NCBI GenBank assembly: GCA_012026655.1
Contig: JAAILG010000463.1
Span: 1 to 64,000 of the forward strand
Reading direction: 5' to 3'
Source of the DNA: Hydrolagus affinis
Taxonomy: Eukaryota
DNA length: 64,000 nucleotides
The translations under genes and the position numbers were made by a program. The notes below the pieces were generated by a model, which made no database searches, was not told where the DNA came from, and saw only the letters and a program-made list of their open reading frames with translations. Of the stretch, positions 52,107 through 64,000 are shown piece after piece. The stretch's first letter is position 1. Each line of letters starts with the position of its first letter.

Positions 52107-53924
52107 TATCCTTAGAGCTTTAGTTTATAGGATTGGACAGATAATAATTATCTAATTCTTCTAAAGATAAGTGAATTGTCTGATTTTGAATATTTAATTT
52201 TGTTTCATCAAACTAGATGAAAAACAACAAACCCAGAATCAAGCTGAACAGCTAAAATCCCTTTTTGGTAATGGAAGTTAATCATTCTTGCAGTTGGTAT
52301 AGAGCCTCATCACATTGCCATGGCAATTCAAAGGAAGTGCTGTAAAGTATTGCAGCTATATTTTGTAAGTTAACTTTTTCCTTAAGTAGTACAAGTCGAT
52401 AGAAGTGTTGTGTGGACAAGAAATGATCAAAGGCGGACTGCGAAATGGAAATAGGTGAACATACCTTGTTCTCAGTGAGGAACCTTGTTCTCCAGCAGCA
52501 ATGGCTGAGCAATAATGAAGACAATGAGACATTTGAATTAAATAAAATCATCTGCTTAAGAACTGAAGAACAAATCGGTAAAGCAGGGCCCATAGATACA
52601 GAACTATCTAAATTTCTGTGCTTGTGGCTCCCAAATATTTGGTTACAGCTAAATTTTAATTTTCACACTAAAGAATGTTTAATCTGCTAGTTACCAGTTT
52701 TTACCCCAAATCTGACGTCAATGTGAAGAACAGGTGTATATGCTTGAAATATTGAACACAAATAGATAGGTTGATAGGAGGAGGGTGAGAAACACCACAA
52801 AAAAAAGTGATGAAGACTGCCCAATCTATTTACGATCTATATTCCACAAATTTGAAGGAATAACCAGGATTATGTTCTTTAAAAGGAAACCAGCTTGTAG
52901 GCACGTTTAAATGCCAAGGTCTGCATTCTGCATAGACTGATTAAACGTGATTCTGGGTTTCACCGTCCGCCCAAATCGCGAAAAGTGAAAGTGCTCTGTG
53001 TCTAGATTTTTCTTTAGCCTGTAGCACCGCAGCATATTTACTCACACTGTGACATGTCTTCTGGCTCTTCTAACAAACTGTTCCTATTTTTCCATGATGT
53101 TTTACTGTAATGTAGCATCCGCCTCACATATCATGCCGTTCGGCAGGCTCACAAACAGCACGTTATAAAGAGGATCTGCTACATTATTACTGCTGGATAA
53201 AATTATGTGGAGATCGTATTTCCACCTAAAGATAAAATATCTAATTCTCAAGCAGTGGAGGAAACTGGTCATAATAGTTAAGGTGCTTTGAGGACAGAGC
53301 TCCTATCACTAAATGAAGGTTTAAATTTTTACTAAAGAACAAAATTTCACAAGTAGCAATGAACATCAGAACAAATGTCAGCAAATGGACAAGGTCAGAT
53401 TAAACAACGGCTGGACAACGGTCAAGACGGAAAGATAGGTTCACATAGTCAACAACCCGACAGGATTGGCAATGCAACCAAAGGCAGTCTGTCAGTTATA
53501 TAGGAAAAAAACGGAAATACTGTATCTCTGTCTCTAGTGGTGACGGTAGCTATCAACAGTGAGTGAGAAATGGTTAAGACAAGACAAAGAGATTAACTCC
53601 ACAAAAAAGTCTATTACTGAACAAGAAAAACACATATGGAGCCTGACACATGAAGAAATACTTCATTCTGAAGTAATGGGGCCACCAAACAGCAGCGGTT
53701 GAGCCCTTGTGAAGACAAAGAGATCATTTCTACAAAAACGAAGCTTTGAGAAAACTGGTGAGGTTTATGTCAGTCGAAGCACACAGGGAAATGGATGCCA
53801 GGGGGAGTTGAAGTGATTACGCCTTCTACCCTTCAAAATGGTGGAACCAGATCCTAACCTATTGAGGAGAGGATAATATAATGTCGAGAGAATGGATACC
53901 AGTTCCACTACTATCCCCTACTTC

Positions 53925-53989
53925 AGCAACAACAACAAAATTACATTTGTATGGCGCCTTTAACATCGGGAGGACATCCCAAGACACTG
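53925..53989 (-). mobile_element. L2-type 3' tail only
   Basis: caacaacaacaaaattacatttgtatggcgcctttaacatcgggaggacatcccaagacactg. Confidence 0.8.
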
Positions 53990-54359
53990 AAAGACCTTCT
54001 CTCCTTCCAGATTTGCTGCATCGATGCACAAATTCCTGACTGCCTATTACTTGCGTCTCGTTAGTGGCACCATTACTTGGTTAAAGGTTCTCACTTGCAA
54101 TTCCACACGATTGCTTGTTTTCACCACTCTGACATACAATATGAAACTGGTGCAATTTTCTTGTTAATGATCGTTTCTCATTAATATGCCTCCACTAATA
54201 ATTACTTTCAGTGTGAACAGGCAACACTTAGGCTGTCATCAGAATAGTTAAGGCATTTTGCTTTTGAATGATCAAAGGCTGGAAAAAATAGAGGTTGCAA
54301 ACGAGGAAAGGTGTGTATGTGTGTACGGTGTTCATTGAACTTAGACTCAAAGACAATTA

Positions 54360-54478
54360 TAATAATAGTCCAATGGATAATGTTTGCATTTGATATACCT
54401 CTTTATCACATCTTCGTGACATCCCAAAATGCTTCACAGTAAATACTGTAAGTTAAATTGACTATATTTTTTGGGCAA
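54360..54478 (-). mobile_element. SINE 3' fragment
   Basis: ttgcatttgatatacctctttatcacatcttcgtgacatcccaaaatgcttcacag...ttgactatattttttgggcaa is the antisense of the SINE. Confidence 0.75.
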
Positions 54479-57400
54479 TGACCTCAAGAAACTCAAAGGA
54501 GATGATCTTAAGAAGAACAGCATTGTTTGTCTTTGGAGTATTAAAATTCACACAAGGCAGCAAAATGGAGCTCGCTTTGAGAGATGGTCCAGTGCTACAG
54601 CCATCATTGTTTTGTGGGCTGTGAATGCTTTCAGCCGAAAGTATTCTCATCCACTGGATATTGTCCTTGGTTCTCTTACTTGATTTCTAAATTTGAACAG
54701 TTGAGGCAGTCACTGGAGACTTGCTACATTTGGTCTCCCAGCTTAAGAAGAGTGGCTGTGCTCATATATATGGTGGGCCTGTCAGCGCGCAGATCTCATT
54801 GTTTTGAGTGGGAATTAGCATTATTCCTGGAATGCTTGACGGATGCCAATACTAGCGCACCAGAGGCATTAGGAAATTCAGTACTGGCTCGGTTCCACCT
54901 TTTGTCTGTCTCTAATAATACTAAGGATGAAATGTGAAATTAACGTACAACATAAATTGACCAAAATTGAGCAATTTTCAATTGGCTCTATAATATGTAA
55001 ATGTTGTCCAATTGAAACATTTCAGCCTAACCCGTTGCAATATCACACTGTGGCATAAATATCTCTTTGTGCCTACATGACAATATATTGTATTATCCGC
55101 CACATCGTAGCAAGCTGGATACTATCTGAATGTTTTAATGTGTTTTCAAATTCTTTGCTCCATTCTAATGGTAAATTTTAAAATCTAGCATTTAATTTTA
55201 AACACTAAACTTCTGTCTCTGAACCTGAAGAGAGCAAAGTCTCACTGAGTGAAGCAACCAAATGGAGATGGTTTACTTACTTTATTAGATTCCTATTTTG
55301 AATTTGATCTCTATAACCTATTGTAAGTGAAAGTCACCAATCATTGCCATGCTTTAGAAGTAATAATTAATTCTAAAGATGCATCTTGTTTGGTACATTT
55401 CAGTCACTGGTGTTTGAAATTAGAATAGTTTATAATTATTATTAAAATGGTTTGTTTTATAAAACAAAATACTAAACACGTTGTGACAACATCCTCTAAA
55501 TATTTTACCACACAAACAAACATCCACATATTCTTAATGTAGCCTTAAAATAGTTTTCTATCTTTGGTTTAAAGTGAGATGTGCTGTTAACGGGAAATAC
55601 ACTAAAGTACACTGAAAATAGTCAGTACAGTATTTAATAATTAAGTAATTCCACTAGTTAACTCCCAATTTCTTTTTCTTTTTACATAAATAAGGAGGAA
55701 AATTGGAGCATGTGGAAGCAACCATATCCATCTCAGCTGATGAGATTTATAAATGTCCACCATTGGATACCTTCCTACTTTTGCTGTAGCAACTGAGACC
55801 TTTGTTTATAAGCCATGCTGACCATCATCAATTCATGCCAGCTTCTGAATGAATTAGGGGATGTAGCCTGCTTGCTCAATGGGCCAATATGTACAGCTGT
55901 GGGATTATTTGCCATCCTGACTGCTTTAGTTGCTGTTTCATGCCAGGAAATACGGCTGGAAATATGTTACAAAAGCCTTACAACAGTCAACCTCAATCAC
56001 TCAATTCTAATGGCAATCACTTGACAGACTACAGGACGTAATGGGATTCCAGAACATTCTGTGTACATAGCCAAATGATTACAGGTTAGAAGGAATGTGG
56101 TTTGTGCTGACCCACAGACAGCTGGCTCATAATGTCCATCAGTTTTACTTCTAAGTAGTCAGGGCAGGTCATCTGGCGTTACAGAGCATAGTACACAGAT
56201 ATTCACTTAGGTAATTTCCAAGAAGATGTCATTCCGTTGCATAAAAATTCTAGACGTAAGTTACATGCTATTCAAAATAATTAGCTTGCTCTTATAAAAC
56301 CCCTTGGGATGGACGGTATCATATTTACGCTACATCTCACCTGACATATTAACCCATCGTAGCTCTCTGATATACAGTCTGTGCAGTCTTATAGCTCAGT
56401 TGAAGTGCATCCTCCTAACATTCTTGGTTCAGAACATGGGAAACTGCACATCTCTAAACTCTGTTCTCCAACTAAAAAAAGGAGGTTAAATCATTTTGTA
56501 CTTCGCTATCCTTTGTGGTGCAAATATTTTACAAACAAATAATCTGAATGATATTAAGAAACCTTTGTTATTTTATCATGGGACCATAGTGCACTGAACA
56601 GTGCATCCTTTATAAAATGACAAGGTCCCCAATATCACTTGTAAAGACATTTCATTAAAAAATAAATTCTTAAGCAAAGCCTAATGAGATTGCTGAATCG
56701 TAAAATAAAAACTCCAGCCTTTTGGATACTCTCATCTTCATTCCTACCGAAAGCTTATTCAGCAAACCAAAATGCCACAGCATTTCCTCAATCTCCAGTG
56801 CTGTAGATTTGTATCTGCACACAAAAGATTTACAATCAGGTATTAGCAAGCTGAAACATTTTGCTCATTAAAAAGCAAGCCACTTCATAAATACGACTGA
56901 AAGATGTGAAGGCGCATGCAAACTAGAAGGAAACAATTGGAAGGTGCAATTTTCAGCTAGTCCTGCTGGTTTTCCTCTGTATGCTATACTTGATTTACAT
57001 CAATTAAATCCAACACATAAGGTATCATATCATATCAAAGCTAATAACCCAGAAATAACCTCATTAAAAAAAGGACAGCTTATCGGTCTAAGCAGAATGA
57101 ACTCTTAGCAGAAAAACTACTGACCTGGAAAGAGTAAGAAAAGCTAATAGCAGTGCAGGAGAAAGATCATTTTGATCGCCAAAACCATGTAGAAATTTCT
57201 GAAAGTTGCACGATGTAGCTTGAAAATTATTCAATTTCTTCACCTTAATAGGTAAATAATGGAGGAGTTAAATGTATTTCAGAGCAACTCCTCTTGTGTC
57301 ATATGTCAGTATGTTTAGCTAACACCATTACCTTATGAGTTAGTTAATTTATAATTGCAAAGATTTAAACAGCCTGGAATGAACAGAGGGTGTTACAATT

Positions 57401-58849
57401 AATATCAATGTATAATTGTACTAATTCTTTTTTGAATTATCAGGGTCACGATCCATATTATTTTGCAGTTTTATTTAAAAACATATCAAGTTGCCTCACA
57501 AAGGTGAATAGGTTCTTCAATGTTGTTTTTATCTTTGCAGTGGAAAACATGTTATTCAAACCAGAAAAGATATTGTAAAGTAATAATCGCAAAAATGCCC
57601 TCACATATTTTGACATCTTTCAGGTCACTTCAACTGGGGAAATTAGCATCTGAGTATTTGTCTTCATTAAGAAATATGAAATATAAAAACGTGTGTGAGT
57701 GTTGCAAGTTTAAATAAAAATGAATTATAATTTCTGTAAAAATACTGAAACAAAAGCACGCATAATTCTCAATAAAAAAAGGAGAAATCAGTGCGTCCTT
57801 TATATAAGTGCGTCCCAATTCAGTAGGGTTTGAGTTTGAGTTTCCCAACAAAACATGTTTTTTTGAGATTGCAACAGATGACAAGAGTGGATTTAACTTG
57901 CACCTTTCTAAGGAATGATAGACAGGAGATCTAGAGCTTCATACAAATATTGCTTCCTCTTTTTGTCTCAATACTCAAAGGCACTCAGATGAGCTTTATC
58001 AAACCAATATCTTCCTCACCTTGTCAATGCCATCACATTGAAGGCAGGTAATCTGGTTAGATTTTTAAAAAAGGGGTGAAGTGTAGTTGATTCCATCAAG
58101 TAATTACTAAGGAATACAATAATCCTCCAAAATTGCAATTGTTTGCATAGCAATATTTGATAGTTTCCGTTGCAATACAGTATAAAACAACCCTCAAATT
58201 GATTTGGATTGGGGGTTTAGGCAGGAATCTGTATGATGGTTTACATTCACACATGTGATTTAATTGTCCTGATCATTGAATATGTATATACAAGTGTTTT
58301 TTTTAACTTTAATATTTGCGCAGCCTGTGATTTTCAACTTGTTGTTGAATTGCATCGTTGTAAACTGTTTTATATATATTTGTTAAAAGAATAATCTTCG
58401 TACCTGAAAATCTTTTGTTTTTTACCGATAAAATTTGTGGTTGAACTTGCAATAAACAGGTGGCTATCATTCACACATTGTGTATAGAGCAAGAACACCC
58501 CTGTCAAAGTCCAGCCAAGGTTTCTCTGAGTTAAGACTCCGTTCACTTCTTTCAGTAGTTTGACAAAATTGGACCCAGAATTTTTTTTTACATTTTAAGT
58601 AAATGGGGAAGGGTTCTACAGGCAAAGTCATTCCCAATAAATGCCTAGGTTGCTTCTCCAGTGATGCCTGCCAAGCTTTGTACCAACCTTGACTGTGTCA
58701 ACCCTTTAATCGGCTCTTGTGAACATTCCTATCTTACAATTGCTGACTCTTTACCATTATTCTTTCTCAGTGCTGGAGTGGCAATTTCATAAACAAGATC
58801 ACAGAGTCCAAATGCTGAAGCTTATTCCTTTCAAAGAGTGCGAAAGCTT

Positions 58850-60480
58850 AGATTACGCATGCTCCATGAAAAGTTACGGTAAATATCAAATCTGAGATTT
58901 AATTAAAAATATATATTTTTTTCCCAAATCTGGCTATTCGCACTTATGTTCTTGTCATGAACAGAGTTGCTTCCACATACTCTCTAATCCTCTTAGGGCC
59001 AATAATATCTTCACTGATTTTCCATCAAATTGAATCACAATCTTCACCAGAGCTTCCTTTGCTCTCCACAGCAGGGGTCTCCACAGCACCAGTCAGCTAC
59101 AACAAGATCCAGCAATGGTTATCGGGAATATGACAATATCTGGACTTTAGAACAGAGACAAGATCATAAACAACTTGGCTGAACAACTCAGGTGGGTGAA
59201 ACCTTCCCACATTTCGGATTCAATGGTGAACCATTCATCAGCTTGGAAAAGAAAGGGAACTCAGTTGAGGTGGAAGGTTATCCTTGGGAACCATATACCT
59301 CCATGAGTCAGCAAGTTGCAGAGAGTTGAAGAGAAAATTGGCGGAAATAAAATGATTAAAAAGACTAAAAGTAAGCAAGAGTTCTTGACTGTGATAGAGC
59401 TGTTGTCCTTGTGGATCAGACCAATGATTGGCACATTATTATAGCTCCCACTTATGCTTTTGACTGGGTGAAGGATAGCTTCAGAATTGCCGCAACTCAA
59501 GAAGCGACCAGTTCAAGAGCAATGTTTGACTTGAGTGGTTTCAATACATTACATTTTACAAGCAATCATAGCCTTTGGGTCAACCTGACACACTAGCTAT
59601 CTGTGAATCATTTGTAGTGATAAACAAGGTGTACACATTCCTTCCAATGATATTTTTCACCAACACTATGGTAGCTGTCCTGCCCTCTGTTCCGGGACAG
59701 AGTTAGTAACCTCTCACAAGCAATATTTGAAATGAAGAACCTTTTGAAGTTCTTTGGACAAATGTATTTCTCAAAAAGAGAAGGTGTTTTTGCACAAGAG
59801 CTTTCCAGTCTCCAATTGCTGATAGCTTCCGCTGTGTCTACCTGTCATCAAGTGAACCTAATTGTCCACTTCTGGAAATATCATTGTCCTGATTAGCGAC
59901 TTCAACCACTGCTGTGAGAGCACGATACCTATTTAGATCTAGAACTGACCAACTGCTCAATTGCCCAAGCGCATACAGCAAAGCATTCAACTATTCAAGT
60001 GGGCTAATATCTTCAGGATATCAGAGCACCACTATGTTTGTATCCAAAAGCTTTGTTGTTAGATCTCAAAGGGAATGTTAAATGTAAGATTTGGCTGTAT
60101 GACAGGAGCATTTGGAACAGTCACAAGGAGGAAGTTCCTATATAGATGTGGCCCGTCAGCTGGTGGTTTATGGATGCGTAACTCTTTCCGCAATGTCCAA
60201 CTGAATTTGATCCTTTTTTGTCCTGGGGGTCCTAATAACATTATCATTGATGTGGAAGATGCCTTGTCTACTGCAGTTGTGAAAGCAGAATCATTTCCTC
60301 CACATACATGCATTCAGTAGAATGCTATTGAACAAAATGGACACAATCTCTTAGTGCTGGCCTGGAAGGAATTGGAAGCATCAATGCGCCGTCAGGCAAA
60401 GTGCATACAGACTTGCCATTAGACTGCCAGCAATAGATGCTTCACTTCCTGGAATAATGAGAATGAATCATAAATGCCTT
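58850..60480 (+). mobile_element. Ancient L1/Tx1-clade LINE ORF2 (reverse transcriptase) fossil
   Basis: Motifs in order across frameshifts: GNMTISGL*NRDKIINNLAEQLRWV (cf. NWRPISLLNTDYKILAKVLANRL), AVVLVDQ..AFDWV (cf. LDQEKAFDRV), WVNL..FVVIN, LKFFG..F, LSTSGNIIVLIS (cf. LSLxGKxxLIKS), IQQSIQLFKW..KLC..SKGMLNV (cf. FIW..GGLNVP). Confidence 0.65.
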
Positions 60481-61449
60481 TCTCCATGAAACCAGTAAGT
60501 TTAAGAAAATGATAGGCATCTAAATTAAAAACAAATACCCTCCTTTCCTCTTCACCATAATAACAGGGTTACTCAGAGTAACAAAGACTTTGTCGTTTGA
60601 TGCAACATGCAAAATTAACGTGGACTGAATGAATGATGATCAAATCATGGTTTAATTTTTGTTAGAATTTTCATCCTAATGGTTTCACAACTTTTTTAAA
60701 AAAACGACTAATTGGCCCATTCACAAAAAGTTGTTATTATGTAGAGAGATGCTTATCAAACTCTTTAAGATTGATAAGAAGCTTCTTAAGAATGTCAGTC
60801 CAATTTTCCAATAGCTATGCAATGGTATATTCTGTAATGCATGTAAGCACAATACTCCATACATATTACCCATCAATTTATGAGTGCTTTGACATGTCCT
60901 ACTGATGTAAAAAGATGTAAATTGTAAATGTAAATTGTGTGGTATCGAATATAACATGCTTATTTTTACTGAATGTGATCGTTTTAGTGAGAAACAGTTT
61001 ATAAATCAACTGTTAATAATAAGCAGGTTACATAGGTTCAAGTGTTTGTACCCATGTAACCAGTGAGAAGATGGTGATAATATTTGTAGTTAAAAACAGT
61101 GTGTGAATGACACTGGTGGATGGAAATTACAAGTTTATTCTAGTGTGCGATCTGATTTCAGAACATGAAAATTACAAGGTTCTTTTTCAGTGCGAAAACA
61201 TTGCAGTTATTCAACATATCCTGTACACTTTATACATTGCACATAGACAGAGGCTGTTTATTAGTAAATAAAAATAAGTATTGGTGAATATAAATTGCTG
61301 TTCCATTTTATTTCATAGAATCTATCAAAGGCATTTGCAATCATACAGTCACCTGCATTATGGAGTGGAATAAAGATTAACCATTTTTACACAAACATAT
61401 TTTTATTTTTACATATATTATTCATAAGATGTACAAACCTAGAATATTT

Positions 61450-62800
61450 CTATTAAAGACAGACATCCATATACGGTATGATAAATAAATTGGTCAAAAA
61501 GTGGAGCAGCATACTTTAACTAAATACAACAAAGGATGCTAAAATGTGAGGGTCCATTAATCTGTATCTATAAGACAACTAATCAATTAACATGAGGGAT
61601 TCCAAAATTAGCCCGATTGTAATGAAGTATGAAACGTAGATTAATTTACAAAATTTTCAATGCTTAGTGAACAACTTAATAATTGCTTACAACAGATAGG
61701 GGATATATCTGTAAATGTCACAATGTACCGGAAGTCTGATAAGAAGACTGCTGCATTGTGATTTGCTGGCCAAAATGAAACATAATCTTAATGTTACATA
61801 CATCAGAAGAGCATATGATATGGAGTGGTAAAATTCAACATTTTCATATTGATGGTTTATCACTGTATCAGGCTGTCTTCTCTTGCTATGATAAAACAAA
61901 CTTTGATGCAGTTCAATTCAATTGCAACAAGGGGATCTGGATTTCCCTCTTGATGAGCATTGAGGTTTATGGCACTGGTATGTATATTTGCCCAAATTGT
62001 CATTGCAGCTATTTATTTAACCTCCATTTAGTAGTCATTCTGGCAGCAATAAACATAACAGTTCAAATACAAGTCACAATCAGCCCAAATGAGATGTCTT
62101 ACTAACCCAAAAATGCAATGACTGATTATTGCAATGGAACTATTAAGTGGCAATAGGGGTATATTTTCTAGTGCACGAGGGCATATCCTGGTCCAAGTTA
62201 TTGATGGTGAAGTTATCGATGGTGGCTCAGCCTTTCATGTGCAATGCGGATAACCATAAGCACATTGGAATGACACAAAAAGGCTGCAGAGTTTGAGTTT
62301 CTTCTTATCTGTCAATCTCAACAAGTAACTGACAAGGGAATCACTGTTCATGAATCCTTGATCCCGCTGAGAAGATGCTGACAAAGCTCTTCAAGTAGAG
62401 GCCATTGTAGAGAAAGGAAGGATACATGGCACCGCAAAGCTCAAGTAACTCACAATTCAAGTTAGTCACAGAAATTAAAGGCAAACACGCTTTGCACCAA
62501 CCATACCTAGTGAAATGATAAATAGATATGATGTATACAGACACCAAAATAAAATATTTACATGGGTAAACAACTCTCATCACTGACGTAAAGAAAATCT
62601 CTTCAGATTAAATAAATGTCCTCAAATGTTTTAAGTATATTACAACCATTGAGCTGACACTGATGTGCTAAAAATTGTCCTGTGCAATCTATAAAGTTGA
62701 CACTAGACCAATGTCACACCCATCAGAACCTCCAGACATGAATGAGGAATGATAGAGAAGCAGAGAAATCGACACCACCGCTAACATCGTGCATAGCACT
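61450..62800 (+). mobile_element. Decayed Gypsy pol fossil (RNase H to integrase)
   Basis: TD/SIYGM..GA (cf. TDASxYGxGA), NLNVTYIR..HIDGLS (cf. Y.PG..ADxLSR), LVHEG..NHKHIGMT (HH of HHCC), TWHR..KGK..YLV, SHPSEPPDMNEE. Confidence 0.4.
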
Positions 62801-63249
62801 TTAATTAAAAGGAGAATCCAATTTCATTATTAAACAAATAGATAATTTATCTAAGAAAGGGAGAAAAGAATACATACTTTATAATATTTGTCAAGTAATC
62901 AGCATTTCTTAGTCAGTTTGAATACTGATATCCTTTGATTTTCATGCATAGCTTTGAGCGAATCAGCTGATTTGCATAACTTCACATTGTTTATGGCATA
63001 AAGATTTTGAGTTAAATCAGCTGTCATGGCATAATCATTACTCTTTACTTGAAGTTTTTTTTCTTTTGGGAAGTTATTTTTATTTTTAATTGTGTTTGAT
63101 GAATTATTCAGGAATGAAGTGTGTTCACTCACCCAGATGTAAATGGATGATCAATGTTTCTCGGTACACATTGCAGTTTAATAATTTTTTTAAGTTCCTG
63201 GTGATTTTCTTTGACTATTACTATTATTTTAATTTCTGGGGTTCCAGGC

Positions 63250-63900
63250 TAAGGCCAGACCAGTTGCACTTGGTCTGTTTTCCCGTGGGAAGAAGCAACA
63301 TTGTACTTTAAGGATGTTTGGGGAGTTGGTTTCCTGCAACACCCAAGCGTTGAGGGCTGTTCTGAAAATGCCATCATGAACCCATCATGGATAGTGACAT
63401 TATAAGCTTGTGCCGATGGCTGATGGACGTGCAAATTATTTCTTCAGCTCTCTGAGCCTTTTCATTCTTTCATATCAACTTTTTTTTTCTCTCCAGTTGT
63501 CTCTCCTCCAATGATACATCATCCTATGATGCAAGGGGGTCAGCAACCTTTTCCTCCCTTGTCTAGCAGTTTTCAACCTGAATTTGGGGAGATTATTTAA
63601 TCATGGGCTACATCCTTGTTGAGGACAAAACTATCCTCCCCTTTCAAGCAAGGATCTTCGGACCAGCTACCAATGGTGGGAATTCTAACTGATTCTTATT
63701 CTTCATTCTGGTGGTACAGCCCAATTGTAGAACTCCCACTGTTGTTCCAGCTGTGATCAGCTGTCTCAGCAAAGACCAGCAACTGAGCCTGTTACATCTT
63801 AGTTGTAATAAAACCCAGATAAAATATACATTTGTAATGTCAAATGTGATTGTGTCGTCTGTGTATAATGACACTCCCCTTATAATGATCTGAAATATGA
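63250..63900 (-). mobile_element. Decayed Gypsy integrase remnant
   Basis: Minus strand ..ADH..WAVP, QQG, TPLHH, and LHVHQPSAQAYNVTIHD..RKP (cf. WxxHLPxLVxAYNxTxHxSTGxSP..GRxP). Confidence 0.4.
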
Positions 63901-64000
63901 CAAGCGAGAGATGAATCACTTAAGATCAAGAGAACCTTCTTTCAAGGCATCACACTGGTTTAAAGTATAACCAGCTTTACATACTGACATGGTTGAAAGA

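Noticed and set aside
53200-53560. Possible Gypsy integrase C-terminus (LRTEL..DKVRL..W..LYRKK)
   Set aside because: Too degenerate to support without a profile search
704-53989. CRISPR-like repeated hairpin motif
   Set aside because: Copies are dispersed on both strands with microsatellite tails in a eukaryotic context; they are retroposon tails
60300-60450. Retroviral integrase-like LPDGALMLP on the minus strand
   Set aside because: It is antisense to the L1/Tx1 fossil, and no HHCC or DDE motifs follow
1-64000. Supplied ORFs of 60-164 aa as host genes
   Set aside because: All are short with no recognisable host protein family; many overlap SINEs, LINEs or N gaps, and I could not build a consistent exon chain. 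Small exons could still be missed.

Overview
AT-rich vertebrate genomic DNA with three assembly gaps. It is most likely from a cartilaginous fish: the SINE, L2 and CR1 repertoire resembles chimaera/shark genomes (inference, not verified). I found no intact protein-coding gene, rRNA/tRNA gene or CRISPR array; the supplied ORFs are short and are either spurious or parts of transposon fossils. The window reads as intronic or intergenic sequence. It carries many copies of a tRNA-headed SINE with Deu-like body and L2-type tail, ~70-bp L2 tail-only insertions, CR1 and L2 fragments, a TA-flanked Tc1/mariner-pogo MITE, and a Penelope-type terminal repeat with a degenerate hammerhead core. Heavily decayed but readable Gypsy pol fossils (best at 18.9-21.0 kb, minus strand) and an L1/Tx1 ORF2 fossil (58.9-60.5 kb) are also present. 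The most intriguing non-TE signal is a locally duplicated ~190-bp unit (31.5-31.7 kb and 33.1-33.3 kb) that reads on the minus strand as octamer - CATAAA box - Inr-like - short exon - splice donor. Other notable signals are stacked TA-C(A/T)G-TA transposon excision footprints and two long inverted repeats. Repeat family names come from remembered consensus motifs and manual translation, not database searches, and fossil boundaries are approximate. I see no convincing evidence of a wholly new gene system.
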